Positions 1 through 9,413 of a stretch of 64,000 nt of DNA are shown here, piece after piece. The translations under genes were made by a program, and so were the position numbers. The DNA comes from Trueperaceae bacterium. GTDB taxonomy: Bacteria; Deinococcota; Deinococci; Deinococcales; Trueperaceae. The stretch spans positions 64,001 to 128,000 of the forward strand of contig JBBDRK010000049.1 in the NCBI GenBank assembly GCA_040905465.1, in the 5' to 3' direction. Position 1 is the stretch's first letter. Each line of letters begins with the position of its first letter. The notes below the pieces were generated by a model. That model made no database searches. It was given only the letters and a program-made list of their open reading frames with translations, and was not told the DNA's origin.

Positions 1-829
1 GTTCAACGGAGGTTACGGCGTCGGCGCTGGCGGAATTGCCCGCCTCGTCTGTCACCGTGTAGCCGACCGAGTAAGACACCAAACCGCCCTTGTCGAGGGT
101 CGCCAGGTCGCTGAACGAGAAGTCCTCGGAACCGATGGTTGCCCCGGAAATCGAGCCTGCTGCCGAACTCGGTGAGGCACTATCCAGGACGATACTTGCT
201 ACCCCGGAGAGGCCGTCAGCTGCACTGACGTCCGCCGTCACGCCGGTCATCTGCTGGTTCGGCGGCGAGATCCTGGCCGGGCTGACGCCGACCGAGATCG
301 TGGGGGCGGTCTTGTCGATGCTGATCCCGGCGACCTCGAAGCTGGCGCTGTTACCGGCCTTGTCCGTGGCGGTGCCCCTGACTTTCTGCCCACCGGCTTC
401 ACTGCTCACGACGACGTCGGGGCTTACACCCGCGAGACCGGACGTCGCGTCACTGGCAGCGAAGCTGACGGTCACCTTGCTGTGGTTCCAGCCGGCCGTG
501 TTCGCCTGCGGGCTGCGGGAGCCGCCGATCGTTGGCGGCGTCGCGTCACGCATGATGGTCACGCTCTCGCTGGCCGTGCCACCGGCCGACGTCGCCGAGC
601 AGGTGAACGAGACACCGTTCGTGTCGCTCGAAACGGTCGTCCGCTCACAGCCGCTCTTGGAGCTGACTGCGGATTCCGGATCGGACACGTCCCAGTCCAC
701 CGTCACGTTCGAGGTGTACCAGCCGTTGCTGCCTGCCGTGCCGCTGATCCTCGGCGAGATGACCGGGGGCGTGGTGTCGACCGGACCGCCATAGATGAAG
801 TAGACGGCGTCGCACAACGTCGCTCTCAT
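1..829 (-). CDS. Ig-like/HYR-type repeat protein, partial (runs off the left edge; 5' end possibly truncated)
   Basis: Open minus-strand frame from ATG 829 to the edge. It reads DTTPPVISPRISGTAGSNGWYTSNVTVDWDVSDPES...DATPPTI...AGWNHSKVTVSFAASDATSG...ATDKAGN...IDKTAPTI...VTDEAGN, typical bacterial Ig-like repeats. It is missing from the ORF track because it has no stop within the window. No signal peptide is visible. Confidence 0.8.
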   Translation of the reverse strand, partial: MRATLCDAVYFIYGGPVDTTPPVISPRISGTAGSNGWYTSNVTVDWDVSDPESAVSSKSGCERTTVSSDTNGVSFTCSATSAGGTASESVTIMRDATPPTIGGSRSPQANTAGWNHSKVTVSFAASDATSGLAGVSPDVVVSSEAGGQKVRGTATDKAGNSASFEVAGISIDKTAPTISVGVSPARISPPNQQMTGVTADVSAADGLSGVASIVLDSASPSSAAGSISGATIGSEDFSFSDLATLDKGGLVSYSVGYTVTDEAGNSASADAVTSVE

Positions 830-1080
830 CGGGATCGTGGGATTTGGTTGAGGGTTCAGAAACTCAGCGAGAAATCACAGGTTGAACTACGCCGTCGCCC
901 CACCAATTCCGACGGCAAGGGCGTTCGAAACAGTCGAGACGTCGGGTTCCAGCGCTAAAACCAAACTGTCGAGCAGCAGCGGTCCTTGCAAAGGCATTCT
1001 TCTGAACCGCCACTTCAAAATTTCATGATACCGAGCCATACGCCGCGATCTCTTCCAGCCATACCGTGAAGTCATGATAC

Positions 1081-1569
1081 GTGGACACGCTTCTGGGCCG
1101 TTGGCTGCCAGCGTACCGCCGCCACGCCAAGCGTCGCACCAGCGCCGCCCCCAAGTTCTACTTCGCCGACGTCGGAGTGGTGAATCATTTGACGCGCCGC
1201 GGTCAACTCAGTCCCCGCACGGAGCTATACGGCAAAGCGTTCGAGAATTGGATCCACCATGAATTGAGCGCCTACAACTCGTACTCAGAGTCCTACTCTC
1301 GTTTAAGCTACTGGCGACTCACTACAGGGATCGAGGTCGACTTCATCGTCAACGACATGCAAGTAGCCATCGAAGCCAAGGCAACCGCGAAAGTCGTCGA
1401 TCACCACCTCAAAGGCCTTCGCGAGCTGTTCAAGGACTACCCCAACGTCGCCCAACGCGTCGTCGTGAGCCTGGAACCAAAGACCCGCAAGACCACCGAT
1501 GGAATCCTCATCCTGTCTCCACCCGACTTCGCGCACAAACTCGGCACCGGGGAGTTGCTCGGGAGCTGA
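1081..1569 (+). pseudogene. C-terminal DUF4143-type part of an AAA-family ATP-binding protein (N-terminal ATPase missing)
   Basis: PKFYFADVG, GKAFEN and YWR...EVDF...AIEAK motifs. An in-frame TGA lies just upstream (1075-1077) and no Walker A motif is present. Confidence 0.75.
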
Positions 1570-1650
1570 ACTTGCCCACTTCGAGCAAGGCAAGTGGAGA
1601 TCAGTGAGCCACTCCACCGGCACCTCGGTAAGGCCGCCTAACGAATAGGG

Positions 1651-2130
1651 ATGATCGTAGCCCATCAGCGAGGAGTCGTAGGCAACGCCCTGATCTCCGG
1701 TGCAATCCCGCCGTCTCACATTGCCGGAGGCTACCAAGGGGAGGTGAGCGAACGGCAGCCTCCCATGTTCTTTCCATTGGGTGGGGGGACACTCAAGGGC
1801 GTATCGAAACCGGGTGAGGTGGTGTGGAGTCGCGTGTTCGTGATGGATGGTCGGCTGCACGTGGATCTTGGCCGGGCCAGCGCGGTGGAGTTGCCGATTG
1901 AGGAGACCGAGCGGCGTTGGCAGGCGACCACACCCCAGTGGCCGATGATGCATGCGGTACTGCACGGGGTGAGCAGGGATCAGATGATGGCCCGGCACAA
2001 GGCCAATCACATCCAGGTGGCCTACGGGTCCAGTGCAGAGGAGGCCGATAGGGCATTGGCGGTCAAGGCAGCTATGTTCCACGAATTGGGCGTGAAGGTT
2101 CACCTGTGCGGCGACGTGAGTTTGGGTTGA
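1651..2130 (+). pseudogene. C-terminal fragment of a fucose-isomerase-like protein
   Basis: ISGAIPPSH...RQPPMFFPLGGGTLKGVSKPGEVVWSR...TTPQWPMMHAVLHGVSRDQMMARHKANHIQVAY resembles the C-terminus of that family. It overlaps (TGATG) a downstream FGGY kinase remnant. Confidence 0.6.
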
Positions 2131-2410
2131 TGACGCAGCTGCTGCTCGGAATCGATGTTGGTACCTACTCTTCAACGGGCGTGCTGGTGGACCTGGAGGG
2201 GCAGGTCCTAAAGAGCGAGGTGGTGCCGCATACCATGGATGTGCCTCATCCTGGCTGTGCCGAGTAGGACGCCGACGCGGTCTGGTGGGGCGACGTGGTG
2301 AAGTTGTGCCGCAAGCTGCTGGATGGCGATCCCTACCGGGGCGAGGACATCGCCGGTGTGGCAATGAGTGCGATAGGTCCCTGCCTGTTGCCGCTCGATC
2401 GAGCCGCGCG
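2130..2410 (+). pseudogene. FGGY-family carbohydrate kinase, N-terminal fragment with internal stop
   Basis: MTQLLLGIDVGTYSSTGVLVD...PGCAE*DADAVWW...AMSAIGPCLLPLD. TAG at 2265-2267 replaces the conserved Q of AEQD, and similarity ends near 2410. Confidence 0.85.
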
Positions 2411-2574
2411 TTCCATTTCAATGACAGCCCTTCCAAATCGAGTAGATCTGGAGGTTCCTGTGCCCAAACGATTACCGCACGCCTGGTCTCACTCCACGCC
2501 AACCAGGCCCGGGTAGCGACCACCAGCGCCCAAACCTCGTGGCTCCTGACTCGCGAGCCGCCGGCCAGACGCCG

Positions 2575-4041
2575 TTACCCAGCCAAGGCGCCGTCGTAAA
2601 CCGTTTCCAAATCAAGCAGATACACCGTGCGCATGACCTCCGTGACAGCATCCTGGAAGCCGCTGGTGCAACCGCCCGCTGCGGCAAACAGCATCGGCGC
2701 ATCGGGTTCAAGCGCCTGGGCGGCCCAGGCGAGACCAGAATCCCGCGCTCGTTCCAGCATTCCCAGATGGTCCCACAGCACTTTCGCGCCTATTGGCTTA
2801 CGGTTCCACTTGATGCTACCGGTCAGGCAACGTGAGTCGCCGAGTCTCGCAACGACGTCGAACTCTAGTGATCGGCGATTTCGGTCGGAACCCTCCCATC
2901 TTCCCCACTCGACAACCAGCGGAAGCTTCATTTTGCCGGCCAATCGGTCGTAAGCCTGCTGCACGAGTCGCTCGAACTCGTGCCCCATGTAGGTGTCCAG
3001 GTAAGGCTCGATCTTCTCTCGCCACACCCTGTCGGCCGAGTAGCGCTCCAAAGCACTGACGTTCGGCTCGATGAACCTCTGATGAAAACGAAGCGCCGGG
3101 TCCGCAGCATAGTACCGAACCGGTTCCGAACGCCCGGCGAACATATTCCTGCGGCCCTCGAAATAGCCAAGCTCGACAAGCTTGTCCAACTTGGCCCGAA
3201 AGGTCCGGTTGTTCTCTAATCCTGTTGCATTACTTATCTCGTTTCGTAGAGTGTTTCCGCTCGCAACCGCCCTCACTATGCTGCGATACTGCGCGACCTC
3301 CCTAAGTCCCTCCTCCTGCTCTATCGCCGTCTCGACGAGAGCACGTATTTCCCCATCCGGCGCCAGCATGAGACGCTGCGCGTTACCGGTCAGATCCAAG
3401 CCGCCGTCGATGGCAGCCAGGTAGCGGGGCGTTCCACCGAAGATTCCGTAGGCAAGAGCTTTCTCCCGTGCCGTTTCGAACGGAAGCATCTTGGCGGCAT
3501 TCCAATAGTCGAACGGCCTCAAGCTGTGCTGCCACGAAAACCTTCCGTAGAGGGGAGCGCCCCCTCCTGCGAGTGCTTCCATCGTTCCAACCGCACTTCC
3601 TGCGAGCACCAACAGGAACGAGCGCTGTTGCCGTCGGCGCTCCCACTCGGCATTGAGCTCGCTGGCTACTTCGGCCAGTCCGCGCTCGGGCCCGGCGAGA
3701 TACTGGAACTCGTCTAGCACGACGACCACCTGCTGAGGTTCGTTGAGCTCCAGCAGTAAGCGGAATACCGTTCTCCACGTCGGGTAGTCCTCCGGCCTGA
3801 TGTCCTCGCCTGTCCAGTCAGCCAGATCTCTGAGCAACTGGACCCTGTTCAGCTCCCCGGTCACGTTTGCTGCGGTGAATAGGAAAAACTTCCTTTCGCC
3901 CCAGGTGTGGGTGAGCAGGAAGGTCTTACCAACGCGGCGCCTCCCGGTCACGAGGGCCATGCGGTACACCTCACCCTCGAGCAACTTCAGAAGCTGCACT
4001 TGCTCGTACTCCCGATCAACCAGTCGATTCAGGTCGTTCAT
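2575..4041 (-). CDS. AAA+ ATPase (archaeal-type ATPase) with winged helix and C-terminal DUF234/PD-(D/E)XK-like domain
   Basis: Walker A GRRRVGKT, Walker B VVLDEFQ, GGTPRYL, and C-terminal GRW...EFDVVA...GSIKW. Confidence 0.85.
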   Translation of the reverse strand: MNDLNRLVDREYEQVQLLKLLEGEVYRMALVTGRRRVGKTFLLTHTWGERKFFLFTAANVTGELNRVQLLRDLADWTGEDIRPEDYPTWRTVFRLLLELNEPQQVVVVLDEFQYLAGPERGLAEVASELNAEWERRRQQRSFLLVLAGSAVGTMEALAGGGAPLYGRFSWQHSLRPFDYWNAAKMLPFETAREKALAYGIFGGTPRYLAAIDGGLDLTGNAQRLMLAPDGEIRALVETAIEQEEGLREVAQYRSIVRAVASGNTLRNEISNATGLENNRTFRAKLDKLVELGYFEGRRNMFAGRSEPVRYYAADPALRFHQRFIEPNVSALERYSADRVWREKIEPYLDTYMGHEFERLVQQAYDRLAGKMKLPLVVEWGRWEGSDRNRRSLEFDVVARLGDSRCLTGSIKWNRKPIGAKVLWDHLGMLERARDSGLAWAAQALEPDAPMLFAAAGGCTSGFQDAVTEVMRTVYLLDLETVYDGALAG

Positions 4042-4189
4042 ATGACCTGTCAGTATAGTTACATGTCAGCGCGATGACAACCCACGGTAGCTCGGTTCTG
4101 GCTCAGCAGGAGGGGCTGCTGGGCAGCGCCCACCTGCGGCAGGTCGCCGCGGTCGCTCGAGGCGGCAACACAGGTTCCTACACGCAACG

Positions 4190-4785
4190 ATGAAAGGGCA
4201 ATCGATGCTTCGCAGCAGACAGATCGTAATCATCTCTCTCGCGTTCCTCCTCGCCGGTCTCGCGCCGAGCCTGGCACAGCAGGAAGCGACGCAGGCGACG
4301 CCAGAAGGCTTCGACAAGCACCTGGCCTACATGGCACCGGCGTATTCGATCCCCAGGCCGAAGGACCCGGAGCCGACGTCTACCACCGAGAAATCATGGA
4401 GCGGTCCGACGAAGAGATCGAGCAGGCGCGCACGGACGCCGAAACTTTCTTCAACGAGCGCTTCGGCATGGACTTCTCAGACGCCGAAGTCGATGAGAAC
4501 GGCGTCAAGGAGATTAAAGGCGCCACCCTCCAGGACTTCATGCTCCACCCCAACCGGGATTACCGCGCCTACACGGTATCCGGCGAGGCCGTAGCCAGCG
4601 AAGGCTGGGAAGTCAGAGACGGCGGTTGGCGGATCGACTTCACCGAGGAAACGACCCTGACGGGCAACTGGGGCGGCGACGAAGGTACCAGCGTGCCGGC
4701 GGGATCCTTCGTAGTCTTCGGCAACTACAACATCGACGTGCCCGGCGAAGACAACATCATCATCCACTACGAGTCGGGCAGACTC
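4190..4785 (+). pseudogene. Secreted hypothetical protein, frameshifted near 4335 and 3'-truncated
   Basis: The signal peptide (...LAPSLA-QQ) is in frame 4190. Coding-like acidic sequence (TGVFDPQAEGPGADVYHREIMERSDEEIEQ...) continues in the 4396 frame after ATGGCACCGGC, which implies a 1-nt loss. Confidence 0.65.
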
Positions 4786-4988
4786 ACGCCCGCATCTCGG
4801 CAAGTGCGGCGACGAAAGAGCTCGCTGCGAAGCTCAGCGTGAAAGTGGGCCATCCCCTGCTACGATTCACGACGGTTGCCTTCCTGGTGGATGGGCGGCC
4901 GGCGTACTGCAGCTTTTCGTATCAAGACAGCAAGGTCCTTGAAGTGCGGGTAGTCCGGACTCGAAGCACGGGTGCCTTACCTGGGTGA
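4785..4988 (+). pseudogene. C-terminal UTRA-domain fragment of a GntR/HutC regulator
   Basis: ARISASAATKELAAKLSVKVGHPLLRFTTVAFLVDGRPAYCSFSY...LEVRVVRTR fits the UTRA C-terminal pattern. No HTH domain lies upstream. Confidence 0.6.
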
Positions 4989-5082
4989 CTGTGTGAAGCC
5001 TGGGGAACCTAGCCTGCCCTGAAGTAGCGACGCTTCGGATCCCGCGGTCCCGGCAGCTTTGCCGCCGCAATGCACGGGCAGA

Positions 5083-5991
5083 TCAGTAATTCAAGCCCGT
5101 GCGTCTCCAGGAACAACCGTTCCATCTGTACCTGGCGGTCGCCGAGCCGGACGCGCTGATCCGCTTCCCGCTGGCGATCTCGGTGACGCTCCCACGGTAC
5201 GTGAGCGAAACGACGGCGCTTTGACCGTCAACCCGCTGATCACGAACGTCGTACGAGTACGCGAGACCGGTATAAAGGCTGCCGTAGGTGGCCCTGGCAT
5301 CGCGCAGGAACTCGCTTATCGTGGCCGACATTGCCGAGCCAAGCTGAGACTCGTCCGGCTCCAGGTCGCAGGCCAGACCAGGCCCAGTCCCGTCCAAGGT
5401 GCCCGTCGCGCTCGCCGGACCGTTCCTGCCGGACGCGACCAGTTCGGCCACATCGAAGGAGAACGCATAGCTCAACCCGAGCGAGAGGAACGGGACCGTA
5501 TTAGTCCTGTCGAGCAGCGGAACCCGCGCTGCGCCTGCCTCGAGATCGAGGCGCAGCCGTTGGGCAAGGGGAACGTGTGCCCCGATCGCCGCGAACGGCA
5601 CCGCTCCGCCAGCGTGGCCACCGACGCCCGCTTCCAGGAACACCGGCACCGGCATGCCGGGAACCGGCGGGTAACCGCGCAGGGCGAACGCCCCGTAGAC
5701 TCCTGCCGCGGAACTCCACGACCCGCGAACAGCCAAGCCGAAGTACCGGTACTGCACGGCGGCATTCAGGGCGAGCGTCTGGTAGGCAGGGAAGCCGGCG
5801 GAAACACCGAACGATGCAAGGCCGAGAACCGGCTCCGCCTCTGCCCGGTCGCCTCTGGATTCTTGGGCCAGGGCAGCTCCCGACATCAGCGCGAACAGCG
5901 CCAGGCATATGAGCCGACGACGCGGCGAAGCTCCCCGGCCGTTTCGTCGGCCCTTGCGCCGGCCCTTTCGTCCGCGCACTTCCATCGACAT
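5083..5991 (-). CDS. Exported hypothetical protein with beta-strand-rich N-terminal domain
   Basis: Basic N-region, hydrophobic core and AALA-Q signal peptide, alternating-hydrophobic strands ending LGLSYAF, then a second domain containing two Cys. Confidence 0.65.
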   Translation of the reverse strand: MSMEVRGRKGRRKGRRNGRGASPRRRLICLALFALMSGAALAQESRGDRAEAEPVLGLASFGVSAGFPAYQTLALNAAVQYRYFGLAVRGSWSSAAGVYGAFALRGYPPVPGMPVPVFLEAGVGGHAGGAVPFAAIGAHVPLAQRLRLDLEAGAARVPLLDRTNTVPFLSLGLSYAFSFDVAELVASGRNGPASATGTLDGTGPGLACDLEPDESQLGSAMSATISEFLRDARATYGSLYTGLAYSYDVRDQRVDGQSAVVSLTYRGSVTEIASGKRISASGSATARYRWNGCSWRRTGLNY

Positions 5992-6105
5992 CCAGCCCTC
6001 CTCGAGCCTAATTACCGCGCCGTACCATCCGCCACCTGCCCGACGCCCGTCAGGAGTGCTGGCTGTGCAATGCCGGATCGCTCCCGCTCACGTTAGCATT
6101 GCGCG

Positions 6106-6258
6106 GTGATCACCGGCTCCCCCGTAAAGCGCTCCCCGGACGCGAGTTTCGGCTCCGGCTTTCGCGCCATGCTCCCCCTGTGGGTCGGCGTCATCCCCTT
6201 CGGCATGGCCTATGCCGTCAGCGCCCGGGCAGCAGGATTGAGCCTGTTCGACACCTAA
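6106..6258 (+). pseudogene. AzlC-family permease, N-terminal fragment
   Basis: SFGSGFRAMLPLWVGVIPFGMAYAVSARAAGLSLFDT* matches the start of AzlC. It stops after about 50 codons. Confidence 0.75.
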
Positions 6259-6348
6259 CTGTGGTCACGAGTCGAGCAACTGTCGTGATCCCGGAAGAGC
6301 CCACGTACACCGGTGCGGCGTGCGGTCCGCTGGTTTAACCTTTTGTGC

Positions 6349-7455
6349 ATGAACAGCAAGAGACCGCGAGCTCGTCAGCTCGGTGTACCGTTCGACGGCC
6401 TCACGGGTCGACTGAACGCCATTACCGACGTAGCCGGCTTGGAGGTCGGAAACTGCACGGTCATGAGCGGAGGTCCAACGCACGCCCCCGAGGCTCCCAC
6501 TGTCAGAACGGGTGTAACGGCCATCCACCCGCTAGGCAAGGTGGCGCACCGGGGAGTTGCCGCCGGCTGGTTTGCGCTCAACGGAAACGGCGAGATGACC
6601 GGGACGACTTTCATCGACGAATTCGGGGCGTTCTTCGGTCCCGTGGTGCTCACCAACACCCTCAGTCTCGGAATTGCTCGTGATGCCGTGGTGGAGTGGT
6701 CGCGAGACCGGTTGAAGGATCCTCTAGCCCTGATTGCGCGAACCACTCCTGTCGCTGCGGAAACATGGGACGGCAAGTTGAACGATATATACGGCTTCCA
6801 TGTCGGCAAAGAGCATGTGTTCAGCGCCCTGTCGGAGGCTGTTGGCGGTCCGGTAGCGGAAGGGAACGTCGGCGGTGGAACCGGCATGACCGCTTACGAC
6901 TTCAAGGCCGGCATCGGGACCTCATCCCGTCGAGTCGAAGCCGAACCGGGAACGTTCACCGTCGGCGTCCTGGTTCAAGCAAACTACGGAAAGCGGCACC
7001 AATTGACTATTGCCGGGGTGCCTATCGGCAGGGAGATTACCGACCTCATGCCGGCGGCTCAGCCGAAGGCGGCTGGCGACGGCTCGATAATCGTCGTCAT
7101 TGCTACAGATGCGCCGCTGTTGCCTTCACAACTTAAGCCGCTGGCAAAGCGCGCTTCACTCGGCTTGGCGCGAAACGGCAGCATCGCTGCAAACACATCA
7201 GGCGACATATTCCTCGCCTGTTCAACCGCGAACACAGTCAGTTACGGCAGTCGGGGCATTCAACGGTTCGACTTCATACCGACCGAGTCTCTCGATCCGT
7301 TCTTCTCGTCTACGGTGGAGGCGACCGAGGAGGCCGTGATAAACGCCCTCCTGGCTGCCGAGACCATGACCGGCCTTAACGGCGTCACCTATCACGCACT
7401 GCCCCACCGACGGCTGCAGCAGGTGTTGCGCAGCTATCATCGCCTGCTGGAGTGA
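6349..7455 (+). CDS. DmpA/P1-family peptidase (L-aminopeptidase/D-esterase, Ntn-like)
   Basis: NAITDVAG, RTGVTAI, NGNGEMTG, EGNVGGGTGM, autoprocessing G-S site DGSIIVVIATDAPL, SGDIFLA, EATEEA. Confidence 0.92.
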   Translation: MNSKRPRARQLGVPFDGLTGRLNAITDVAGLEVGNCTVMSGGPTHAPEAPTVRTGVTAIHPLGKVAHRGVAAGWFALNGNGEMTGTTFIDEFGAFFGPVVLTNTLSLGIARDAVVEWSRDRLKDPLALIARTTPVAAETWDGKLNDIYGFHVGKEHVFSALSEAVGGPVAEGNVGGGTGMTAYDFKAGIGTSSRRVEAEPGTFTVGVLVQANYGKRHQLTIAGVPIGREITDLMPAAQPKAAGDGSIIVVIATDAPLLPSQLKPLAKRASLGLARNGSIAANTSGDIFLACSTANTVSYGSRGIQRFDFIPTESLDPFFSSTVEATEEAVINALLAAETMTGLNGVTYHALPHRRLQQVLRSYHRLLE

Positions 7456-7554
7456 AGGAGGACAGTCTTCGCGCGAGCAGTTAGCATCGGCACCAGTCCG
7501 AGTGCGGCTGGGACGCCACGAAGACGCCCCCGACCGCACCTCTGGAAGCTGCAG

Positions 7555-9135
7555 CTACTCCTGCTTGCTCACTCCATTCAACGGTGGCAGCGCCGGACCC
7601 AATGGGCTCACCTGGAAGCCGCTGACGATCGTCCTAGTGGCATTGACGCTCGAAGTATGGGCGACCGGCAGCGAAGGCATCTGATCGTGGACGCGCTCCA
7701 GGGCCTGCTCATACAGTTGCTGGCGTTCGTCCTGGGTGGGTGCTTGGCGGGCCCGTTCGAGCAAGTCGATGGTCTCTGGGTCGTCCCAGCCCAGCGCAGC
7801 GGGCGCGCTCGGCCCGAAGAACGTATAGAGGAAATTGTCGGGGTCGGCGTAGTCGGCGTTCCAACCGAGCATGTACATCGGGAACTTGCCGGTGTTGTAG
7901 TCGCCGAGGTAGGTCGTCCAGTCTTCCGTCATCAGTTCTGCATCGATGCCTACATCTGCCAGGTAGGAAGCCATGGTCTCGGCGATCGGCTGCGGTGATG
8001 GGTAATATGGTCGGCTCACCGGCATGTACCAAAGCTCGGTGTTGAAGCCGTTCGGATGGCCCGCTTCTTCCAACAACTGGCGAGCCCTCTCCGGATCGTA
8101 TGGATACGGCTCGGAGTCGGCATGCCCCCACAGGGTCGGTGGCAAGAAATCGACCGCCACAGAACCGAGGCCCCCATAGAAAGCCTCGACTATCGCTTCC
8201 CGGTCGATGGCATGAGCTATAGCAATCCTGACGCGCTCGTCGTCGAACGGCTCATTCGCCTGATGCATCCCAAGGTAGCCAACGTTCAACTCCGCTTCGG
8301 CCACGACCGGCTCCAGGTCTGCAGACTCCTCGATGATGGCGAGATCGTCAGCGGCCATGTTGACGGCTATATCGATCGATCCGGCCAGGAGCTCCGTCAA
8401 CCGGGCGGTGGGATCCTCGATACCTCGAAATATCACCTGCTCTACCTGCGCGACGTCGCCCCAGTAGTCGGAGTTGCGCTCGACTACCAGCCTCTCCCCC
8501 TCGCGCCACTCCACGAACGCGAACGGCCCGGTGCCGACACTTCCGGTGCCCGGCATTCCGTAGGCGCCGCCGGCTTCCATAACGGCAGTCGGGCTGTCGA
8601 TCTGAAAGTAGATTGCAGCCAGCATGCTGGGCAGGAGGCCGACCGGCTCGGCCATTACGAGTTCGACGGTGTGGTCGTCGACAACGCGCACTTCCTCGAG
8701 AATGCTGCCGTCACCCTTGAAGCCACCGAAGACCCAGGTCCAGGGCACGAAAGTCTTGCCCTCGTCCCGATAGCCGTGCGGATGGCTTTCGTCGTTCCAC
8801 CTGTCCAGGTTGAACTTCACCGCCTCCGCGTCGAAGAGCGTGCCATCATGAAAGGCTACCCCTTCACGGAGTTCGAGGGTCCACACGGTGGCATCGTCGT
8901 TCGCCGACCATGAGGTCGCCAGAGCGGGCGCGAGTCCGGTGCCTCCTCTCTCGAAACCGATCAACCTCTCGGTGATGTTGACGCTCACCGTCAGAGAATT
9001 ACCGTCCTGCGAATCCACCGAATCCAGCGTCGTCGGAAAGCCGCTCTGTCCGTAGACCAACGTCTGGGCAGCGGCGAAACCGCTTCCCAACAAGACCAGA
9101 CCGGCGGTAACGAAAGCGAGTGTTCTCCTCATCAT
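7555..9135 (-). CDS. Dipeptide/oligopeptide ABC transporter substrate-binding protein (family 5)
   Basis: Signal peptide ending AAA-Q, LATSW, FHDGT, GTGPF, LWYMPVSRPYYP, GWNADYADPDNF. Start placed at the ATG following a GGAGG. Confidence 0.92.
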   Translation of the reverse strand: MMRRTLAFVTAGLVLLGSGFAAAQTLVYGQSGFPTTLDSVDSQDGNSLTVSVNITERLIGFERGGTGLAPALATSWSANDDATVWTLELREGVAFHDGTLFDAEAVKFNLDRWNDESHPHGYRDEGKTFVPWTWVFGGFKGDGSILEEVRVVDDHTVELVMAEPVGLLPSMLAAIYFQIDSPTAVMEAGGAYGMPGTGSVGTGPFAFVEWREGERLVVERNSDYWGDVAQVEQVIFRGIEDPTARLTELLAGSIDIAVNMAADDLAIIEESADLEPVVAEAELNVGYLGMHQANEPFDDERVRIAIAHAIDREAIVEAFYGGLGSVAVDFLPPTLWGHADSEPYPYDPERARQLLEEAGHPNGFNTELWYMPVSRPYYPSPQPIAETMASYLADVGIDAELMTEDWTTYLGDYNTGKFPMYMLGWNADYADPDNFLYTFFGPSAPAALGWDDPETIDLLERARQAPTQDERQQLYEQALERVHDQMPSLPVAHTSSVNATRTIVSGFQVSPLGPALPPLNGVSKQE

Positions 9136-9154
9136 TGCCTCCATCATTGCCTCC
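9131..9154 (-). repeat. Perfect 12-bp tandem duplication GGAGGCAATGAT (RBS plus start codon)
   Basis: ATCATTGCCTCC occurs twice in tandem on the + strand. Confidence 0.9.
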
Positions 9155-9413
9155 CAAACAAAGTGCGTTATGGCTTTGCCCCTTTTGGGCTGCGAACCCG
9201 GCCCGGCTGCCTTGGCGGAACGTTCCCTGGAAAGTTCGAGTGACGTCGGTTCTTCATGCCGCTGCACTGCGAGTAGAGCCGGCGAGTCGCGAGCACGAGC
9301 CCAAATAACACTTCGGCGCCTGTGGCGAGATGGTAGCACGGTGACTGCTACCCTCGCCGGCGCACCCAGCTTCGCCGAAACGTCTGATCGAACTCCCACT
9401 CACGGCAGCCTGA

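Noticed and set aside
90-794. 234-aa plus-strand ORF
   Set aside because: Antisense shadow of the Ig-like repeat gene on the minus strand.
1023-1080. TCATGATAC repeated twice, and the TTTCGTTCCCTCGT tandem near 39868-39895
   Set aside because: Too short and too few copies to support a function, an att site or a repeat array.
2265-2267. In-frame TAG (and TGA at 25685) as pyrrolysine or selenocysteine recoding
   Set aside because: Both are single-base changes from conserved Gln/Trp codons in genes that are also truncated, so decay is the simpler explanation.
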